Part shown: positions 58,885 to 64,000 of the stretch, one piece after another
Position numbering within the stretch: the stretch's first letter is position 1
Layout of the letters: the number at the start of each line of letters is the position of its first letter
Assembly (NCBI GenBank): GCA_041583775.1
Contig: JBFHFF010000007.1
Coordinates: 3,382 to 67,381, forward strand
Reading direction: 5' to 3'
Origin: Candidatus Moraniibacteriota bacterium
GTDB taxonomy: Bacteria; Patescibacteriota; Minisyncoccia; Moranbacterales; DUUL01
DNA length: 64,000 bases
Position numbers and translations under genes: made by a program
Notes under the pieces: model-generated
The model's input: the letters and a program-made list of their open reading frames with translations, nothing else
Database searches by the model: none
Told to the model about the DNA's origin: nothing

Positions 58885-58940
58885 CTACCTTGTTTATACT
58901 TACTTATATATATACTTATACTTAAGTATAAGTAAGGTAG
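58885..58940 (-). terminator. long hairpin (20-bp perfect palindrome ACTTATACTTAAGTATAAGT flanked by CTACCTT/AAGGTAG) downstream of the minus-strand gene ending at 58960
   Basis: Palindrome 58914-58933; followed on the minus strand by TGTTTTTTC. Confidence 0.45.
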
Positions 58941-58959
58941 TTTAGAATCGATTTCTTAC

Positions 58960-59379
58960 TTACACTTTCTTTTTGCTTCTTTTTCTTTGTGATTTCATTA
59001 CCATCTCATGATTGAAATAGTTGTTCATTGCAGGGCAGTTAAGAAAATCAATAGTTCTGCAAAAAGTTTCTTCACCTTTTTTGCAATTAGATTTTAAACA
59101 GTCCCATTTAGAATCATCCCTTGTTAGCATTGGACATGTTTTCTTGTCCAATATGTGATCAAGAATTTTTTTGATGTCTACATCAATGCATTTTTCAATT
59201 AACTCTTCGCTGATTTCTTCTAGAGGTATCCCTTTGAGAATCCGGGCAGCTATTTTTTCTGCTGCAAGATCCTTAACATCTTCTTTTTCGCAAGCTTCTT
59301 TTTTTCGATTTTCTACAAATAGTTGCTTGTCTCTCTCTGATTTTTCCATTATTTCTTTTGCTGTCATTTTTTTTCTCAT
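58960..59379 (-). CDS. hypothetical protein with Cys-rich C-terminus (element cargo)
   Basis: KKTCPMLTRDDSKWDCLKSNCKKGEETFCRTIDFLNCP; N-terminus overlaps the upstream ORF. Confidence 0.45.
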   Translation of the reverse strand: MRKKMTAKEIMEKSERDKQLFVENRKKEACEKEDVKDLAAEKIAARILKGIPLEEISEELIEKCIDVDIKKILDHILDKKTCPMLTRDDSKWDCLKSNCKKGEETFCRTIDFLNCPAMNNYFNHEMVMKSQRKRSKKKV

Positions 59380-59647
59380 TTTTTTTATTTCTAATTATTA
59401 AATTATCTATATTTTTTTCAGCTGTCCTGATGACTTCGATAAGCCTTTCAAAACGCGCTGTGGCTTTTATAGCTCGATGTGGAGCAGTGCGCAGGTATTC
59501 TTTGGATAAAGATATTAAATCCTTAAAATATCCTTCATTTTGCCACGCTATGAGCCCCGTGCGCTTCTTAACCTTCCTTTCCAAGATAAAGTTGTTGTGG
59601 ATTATCTTAATCCTGACTTCTTTGTCGATTGGAATAATTTTTTCCAT
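59273..59647 (-). CDS. hypothetical protein (element cargo); 3' part may be a frame-overlap artefact
   Basis: MEKIIPIDKEVRIKIIHNNFILERKVKKRTGLIAWQNEGYF...; Lys/Arg-rich tail in the overlap zone. Confidence 0.35.
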   Translation of the reverse strand: MEKIIPIDKEVRIKIIHNNFILERKVKKRTGLIAWQNEGYFKDLISLSKEYLRTAPHRAIKATARFERLIEVIRTAEKNIDNLIIRNKKNEKKNDSKRNNGKIRERQATICRKSKKRSLRKRRC

Positions 59648-59888
59648 TGGCTTTATTTTTAATTTTTAAGAGATTCCTAGATGAATTAAGAATCTTGACG
59701 GTTAGCATTCCCACATTTGCTAATTGATCCAATGCTAATTCAGCTTGTTCAGCGGAAATTCTCCCCCCAGTTCTTTTGTCAATTATTTTCTGACATTTAA
59801 TGATTAAATTTTGGGAGTAGCGATTTTTCAAGCCATTGGATAAATAATTAACTATCCCTATATAAAAAAATCCTCTCCGATGAGTCAA
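59607..59888 (-). CDS. hypothetical protein (element cargo)
   Basis: 93-aa ORF; overlaps the next ORF by 41 nt. Confidence 0.35.
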   Translation of the reverse strand: MTHRRGFFYIGIVNYLSNGLKNRYSQNLIIKCQKIIDKRTGGRISAEQAELALDQLANVGMLTVKILNSSRNLLKIKNKANGKNYSNRQRSQD

Positions 59889-59984
59889 TGGAGAGGATTT
59901 GAGAGATTTTGATTTTGATTTTTTCCCTTAGATTACATAAAATAGAGGTCTGATTTCTCTATTTCTTGAAAAGTTGTTAGAAAT

Positions 59985-60929
59985 TCAGCTTAATCGAATA
60001 GTATTTGTTTCTTTATCGATTATGATTTCGAATGGTTTAATCTTATTTCCTTTTTGTAATGTTTTTTTAGCGTTTTCAAGTGCTTTTAATTTCTCATCTT
60101 GGTATGATTTAGAATCATAGTGCTTCCCATGTCGTATCGCTTCATAAGCATCATCAATCGAAATATTTTCATCAACTCCTTTTGTAGTTAGAAATTTTAA
60201 AAGTAGGTAATGCCTGGAATTAGCATTGCCAATTTTTTTTCTTTGGGAACTATTCTTTATTTGAAAAAAGCCAATATTGCCACTCAAAAAACATTTGGGA
60301 GATCTTTTTCTCTTAGTTTTTTCTTTTAATCCAGTTTCTTCTAAAAACTTATTTTTCACTTCTAGCGCTATTCTGTAAAAATTATCATTCTTGGGGTTGT
60401 TTAAATTATAAATAACTTTAATTTCAAGATATTTTTGTTTCTCTAAAATCAAAAGACTCTCAAATAATCTATAACCATTTTCAATTTCGTTATCATTTAA
60501 AGAAAGAGTTGTGCTTATTTTTCCTGCTAGCTTCTGTTCTATTTTGGCAATAAAATATCTTTTTTGTTCATTGAACTGATAATAATCCTCATCAATTGGT
60601 ATTAATTTTCCATCAGTAAAGCTTTTTAAATGTTTTTCTATCTCTTCCCAAATAACTTCAATTGATTTTTTTGTTATTTCAATTTCTGGATAATTATTTT
60701 TTATTAATTTTACTTTCAAACCAGTATCTCGCTCGAGGTTTAGAAGAAGATTGAGGAGCTTTTCAATTCCTAGTTTCTTGAATACAAGCCTTTTTAATTG
60801 ATCAGGTTCAATTATGCCTGGAGTTTTTTCTGGATAATCAATTAATTTCAAAAGCAAGAAGATGAAATCATTTGAAAATAAGCGATTTTGGAAAAGTGGC
60901 GTATTAGATTTTTTTGTTTTTTTATTCAC
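59985..60929 (-). CDS. hypothetical 314-aa protein, divergent from the downstream two-gene operon
   Basis: Clean ORF with AT-rich codon usage like the host; no recognisable motif. Confidence 0.55.
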   Translation of the reverse strand: MNKKTKKSNTPLFQNRLFSNDFIFLLLKLIDYPEKTPGIIEPDQLKRLVFKKLGIEKLLNLLLNLERDTGLKVKLIKNNYPEIEITKKSIEVIWEEIEKHLKSFTDGKLIPIDEDYYQFNEQKRYFIAKIEQKLAGKISTTLSLNDNEIENGYRLFESLLILEKQKYLEIKVIYNLNNPKNDNFYRIALEVKNKFLEETGLKEKTKRKRSPKCFLSGNIGFFQIKNSSQRKKIGNANSRHYLLLKFLTTKGVDENISIDDAYEAIRHGKHYDSKSYQDEKLKALENAKKTLQKGNKIKPFEIIIDKETNTIRLS

Positions 60930-60992
60930 CGCGATTTTTCTTGAGTAATTATGTACTTAATGATAACATAAGTAAAATTATAATTCTGCTCT

Positions 60993-61943
60993 ATGGGACA
61001 AAAAATTTCATCTGTAATGAAATCAAGACGAGGAATTTCATATCAAGACAAGTACGTGTTACTTGTTTTTCTTGAAGGTTTAATAGAGGATTTAAATTGT
61101 GAGTCAGATATTTGTTTGTTGGAAGCTAATACGGAATTTTCTTATGGAAGAAACCTTTCCCTTGACATTAGAATGTTATTTTCTGAAAAAGAAGTTATAT
61201 ATGAAGTCAAGACAGGAAAAGCATACAAGGACGATAAAAAGGAAATAGGGAAGTCTCTCGATAGTTTATATGAATATGCGCAAGGAAGATTAGATTTAGG
61301 TGAACCAATCGAGATTAGACTTGTTATTACTCCAGAATTTCGTGAAAAGATCATGTCAGTTTGGTCTCAATTATTGCATATTAATGAGGCTCATAGCGTG
61401 ACCAAAAAGAATTTTTATGGCAAAACAGTTGCTAGTTCCATAAAAGACTTAATAGAAAAACTTGATTTAAAGAAGCTCACCAAGAAAAATTTTGAAAGTT
61501 TTGTTAAAAAAATGAAAATTGAAGTTGGTCCAAAAGATGAATTGCGTGATGGTGGCTCTGAAATTGATGATAGGATACGAGGCAGGATAAGAATGTTATT
61601 GAAAAAATGTCGTTGTGAAAATAATGAAGTTGAAAGTCCTGTTGATTCTATTCAGCTTGAATTAATTGATGTGGTTCGCTTGAGTTCAGAGGGAAGAGTT
61701 ACGGATTTTAAGAAATCTATGATTGATAAACTAATTCAGTGTTTTGCAAGAAAAAAAATACTCGAGAACGCAAGCTATAAACAAGAATTTATCTTTTCTA
61801 ATGAAATAAGCGGATATGAAAAAGACATAAAGTCGCTTTTAACAAAAGAATCTGAGCCTGGTGAAGTCTCGGCGACTAATAGTATGGAAGGTAAACCTCT
61901 TGGAGAAAATAACCAGAATCTTAATGATATAATTCAAATCTAG
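60993..61943 (+). CDS. hypothetical protein with N-terminal PD-(D/E)xK-like (restriction-endonuclease-fold) signature
   Basis: YVLLVFLEGLIEDLNCESDICLLEANTEF...EVIYEVKTGKAY gives D...E-x-K spacing typical of Mrr-like nucleases; the rest has no recognisable domain. Confidence 0.45.
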   Translation: MGQKISSVMKSRRGISYQDKYVLLVFLEGLIEDLNCESDICLLEANTEFSYGRNLSLDIRMLFSEKEVIYEVKTGKAYKDDKKEIGKSLDSLYEYAQGRLDLGEPIEIRLVITPEFREKIMSVWSQLLHINEAHSVTKKNFYGKTVASSIKDLIEKLDLKKLTKKNFESFVKKMKIEVGPKDELRDGGSEIDDRIRGRIRMLLKKCRCENNEVESPVDSIQLELIDVVRLSSEGRVTDFKKSMIDKLIQCFARKKILENASYKQEFIFSNEISGYEKDIKSLLTKESEPGEVSATNSMEGKPLGENNQNLNDIIQI

Positions 61944-61944
61944 T

Positions 61945-64000
61945 ATGAAAACAGATCTATTAAAGAGAATAAATAACGTCATTAGTAAGTCTTCTTATAA
62001 AAAAAATAAGAAGGAAATTTTAAAATGGTTGAAAGATCAGAAATTGGCAGCATATTTAATAAACAAGCTTCAAAAAGAAAAATTAAATGATCTGAAATCG
62101 CTCGATTTTATTCTTGAAGAGGAAATTAAGAAAGAGAATATCTTTCCAATATTTCATATTCTGCAGGAAAATATCAGTGAGAAAAATTGTCAGTTTATCC
62201 TTGATTTTCTTTTTGATAAATTTCCAAGCGCAAAGGAAGAAAAATCACTACGAATAGATGATTTTATTGGTGGAACAGTTAATATTTTGGATATTATTAT
62301 CAAGCAATATCCGGAAAAAATAGAAAGTGTGTATCTGTTGATCAAGTTGATTTTAAGGGTTCATCAAAAGCATTTTAGAGAACTAAGGACACCTCGAAGT
62401 CACGATAAACAAATCATTGCTGATTTGTTACAGAAAATATACTTTGAATATAGAAAGCAAAAAAACATTAAAAGGATTGATGAAATAATCAATCTAATTG
62501 ACTTGGGGTTTGATTTGGTAAGTGATTATAGTGATATGTCTATGTATACTCCCAGTCATATTTTTGAAGTCCTTGAGGATTATATAAGTCTTGATTTTAA
62601 GGCGAACTTTGAAAAGATTTTTGAAATTATCTTAGTTCAATTTAAAAGCAAAGGCAGTTGGTTTGATGGTTGGGAAGGTTTTGGAGGAGGTATCTCGCAA
62701 TTTGGAATAAAATATCATATTAGCGATAGACATTTTGTTGGAAAGGTATTATCTCCTGCCTTGGAAAAGTTTTATTCTGAATCAAAAAATAAACAGGAAA
62801 CCTGGAAGTATATAAGAGAGTGTTATGTGTCAAGAAAGTCAGAAGAAGTCTCAAATAGAAAACCTGACTTTTTGACTCGTTCTACGATAGGTATTGTTTT
62901 GGATCGATATAAAAACTGTAGAGGCAAAAACAAAGAAGAGGCGTTTGAAATTTTGAGAGATTTTATGAAAATGGGGAAAGGAATTCCAAGTAAAACGGAT
63001 CTTATTTTTCAGAAGTTAAAAGAGACTGACTTTAATCTTGATAAAAAATGGAAATTTATAGAAATTTCTTTGAGCTTAGAATGGAATAAAGACAAGCTTC
63101 CTGCGAACATTTTTGTTGAACAGCTCGTTGCTGATTTTGGAAAAGAGAACTATAGACCAGCTATTGAACTTCAAAATAAATGGCTCGAAACAAGAGAGAA
63201 GAGAAAAAAGAAAGTGGGATTTATGGATGATTATACTGTGGAAGCGATTAAGTCTCTTTTGCAGGGAGAAAAAACAAGAAAAGAGGGTCTGAAATTTTTC
63301 GAGTCATATGTTTCAAAGGATATTTTCAGGAATAATTTAGAGCGTTTTGACGTTTTTGATGTTGCTCAAATTTTGGGTGGAATTTTGGAATCTAACTTTG
63401 ATTTTGGTCTTAAAATTTTAAACGAGATTTCTTCCAGAAAAAAAATGACAGAAAATGAACAGGTCTTGGTTTGTAATAGCATAAACAAGATTGACAACAA
63501 AGAGATTCTGCTAAAAATTTACAATAACTTTTTACTTCCTTTTCTTGAAAAGTTAGATAACAATATAGTTAGAATAGAAAGAAGAATTGATAATTCTCAT
63601 GTTAGGGGAGCCCTTGTTGACTTTGGTGATTTACTTGCAAAAGCAGGATATTTTAAAGAAGCTCTGTTTATTGCAGAAATCTTTATTGATGACAAAGATC
63701 CGATTATTGAAAACGAAGAAGATGATCCAAGGGGAGAGCACAATCTACATAAAAGAGCACAAAAAGGTGATGATTTGAATTCAATAACAAGCGTTCGTGG
63801 CAAAGTTTGTTGGCTTTTGCATGAATTTCCAGTTTTGGGTGGTAGAAAATATATTCCTAAAGCTGTGTCTTTAGTTAAAAAGTTATCGAAAGACAATAAT
63901 TATTATGTGAGAAAGCAGGCAACACTCCCTTTAGCAGAATTGGTTCGAGTGAGGAATGCAGTTTTACCAGAAGATAAAACAAAATGGTTTTTGAATAGAG
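61945..64000 (+). CDS. large (>680 aa, runs off the window) alpha-helical repeat-like hypothetical protein, co-oriented with 60993..61943
   Basis: Hand translation from ATG 61945 stays open to the window end; start overlaps the upstream TAG (TAGTATG); no Walker A/P-loop seen. Confidence 0.5.
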   Translation, partial: MKTDLLKRINNVISKSSYKKNKKEILKWLKDQKLAAYLINKLQKEKLNDLKSLDFILEEEIKKENIFPIFHILQENISEKNCQFILDFLFDKFPSAKEEKSLRIDDFIGGTVNILDIIIKQYPEKIESVYLLIKLILRVHQKHFRELRTPRSHDKQIIADLLQKIYFEYRKQKNIKRIDEIINLIDLGFDLVSDYSDMSMYTPSHIFEVLEDYISLDFKANFEKIFEIILVQFKSKGSWFDGWEGFGGGISQFGIKYHISDRHFVGKVLSPALEKFYSESKNKQETWKYIRECYVSRKSEEVSNRKPDFLTRSTIGIVLDRYKNCRGKNKEEAFEILRDFMKMGKGIPSKTDLIFQKLKETDFNLDKKWKFIEISLSLEWNKDKLPANIFVEQLVADFGKENYRPAIELQNKWLETREKRKKKVGFMDDYTVEAIKSLLQGEKTRKEGLKFFESYVSKDIFRNNLERFDVFDVAQILGGILESNFDFGLKILNEISSRKKMTENEQVLVCNSINKIDNKEILLKIYNNFLLPFLEKLDNNIVRIERRIDNSHVRGALVDFGDLLAKAGYFKEALFIAEIFIDDKDPIIENEEDDPRGEHNLHKRAQKGDDLNSITSVRGKVCWLLHEFPVLGGRKYIPKAVSLVKKLSKDNNYYVRKQATLPLAELVRVRNAVLPEDKTKWFLNR

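Larger units (their letters stand above)
55931..64000. mobile_element. candidate integrated element at tRNA-Asp (recombinase, GC-rich non-coding block, hypothetical cargo); right end not in window
   Basis: Serine integrase abutting and overlapping the tRNA 3' end; abrupt change from conserved polysaccharide genes to orphan hypotheticals; no tRNA 3'-end direct repeat found within the window. Confidence 0.4.

Noticed and set aside
1-64000. CRISPR arrays or other long tandem direct repeats
   Set aside because: No regularly spaced direct repeats seen. The only tandem repeat is the 2x42-bp coding repeat at 46799-46882.

Overview
This is a low-GC bacterial chromosomal segment, roughly one-third GC by eye. 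Gene content and style suggest a Candidate Phyla Radiation (Patescibacteria)-like organism: no L30 gene between rpsE and rplO, many ribosomal proteins with Lys/Ala/Glu-rich tails, few Shine-Dalgarno sites, and a short YidC. This phylogenetic placement is inference. Contents in order: (1) 1-10.5 kb, a near-complete S10/spc ribosomal-protein operon running from rplC to secY. (2) 10.5-12.9 kb, an unassigned terminator-bounded structured non-coding region, tRNA-Gly(UCC), a 54-aa AbrB/MazE-fold protein, rdgB, and a truncated TsaB-like ORF. (3) 13.2-20.3 kb, rpoB-rpoC. (4) 20.4-26.9 kb on the minus strand, a GNAT acetyltransferase, an AI-2E transporter, a GT2 glycosyltransferase, a Wzx-type flippase, and a jag-yidC-rnpA-rpmH cluster, divergent from ftsB. 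(5) 27-35.6 kb, glyA, folD, a MacAB-like tripartite efflux system with a split ATPase and two permeases, a parvulin-type PPIase, and a mini ferredoxin. (6) 35.7-39.3 kb, an active HtrA protease, a polytopic membrane protein, and an HtrA paralogue in which all three catalytic residues are replaced. (7) 40-55.8 kb, a surface-polysaccharide locus: two Wzz paralogues (one with a roughly 680-aa acidic tail), two Wzy-like proteins, three GT4 glycosyltransferases, and a beta-propeller protein. It is interrupted at 43.7-47.15 kb by a markedly GC-richer island encoding three secreted proteins with strong SD sites. (8) 55.9-64 kb, tRNA-Asp(GUC) with a large serine recombinase overlapping its 3' end antisense. 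This marks the edge of an integrated element, which contains an approximately 0.85-kb GC-rich non-coding block full of perfect palindromes and a cargo of hypothetical genes. The cargo includes a PD-(D/E)xK-like gene followed by a >680-aa alpha-helical gene that runs off the window. The two GC-anomalous blocks and the recombinase-associated cargo are the best candidates for something undescribed.
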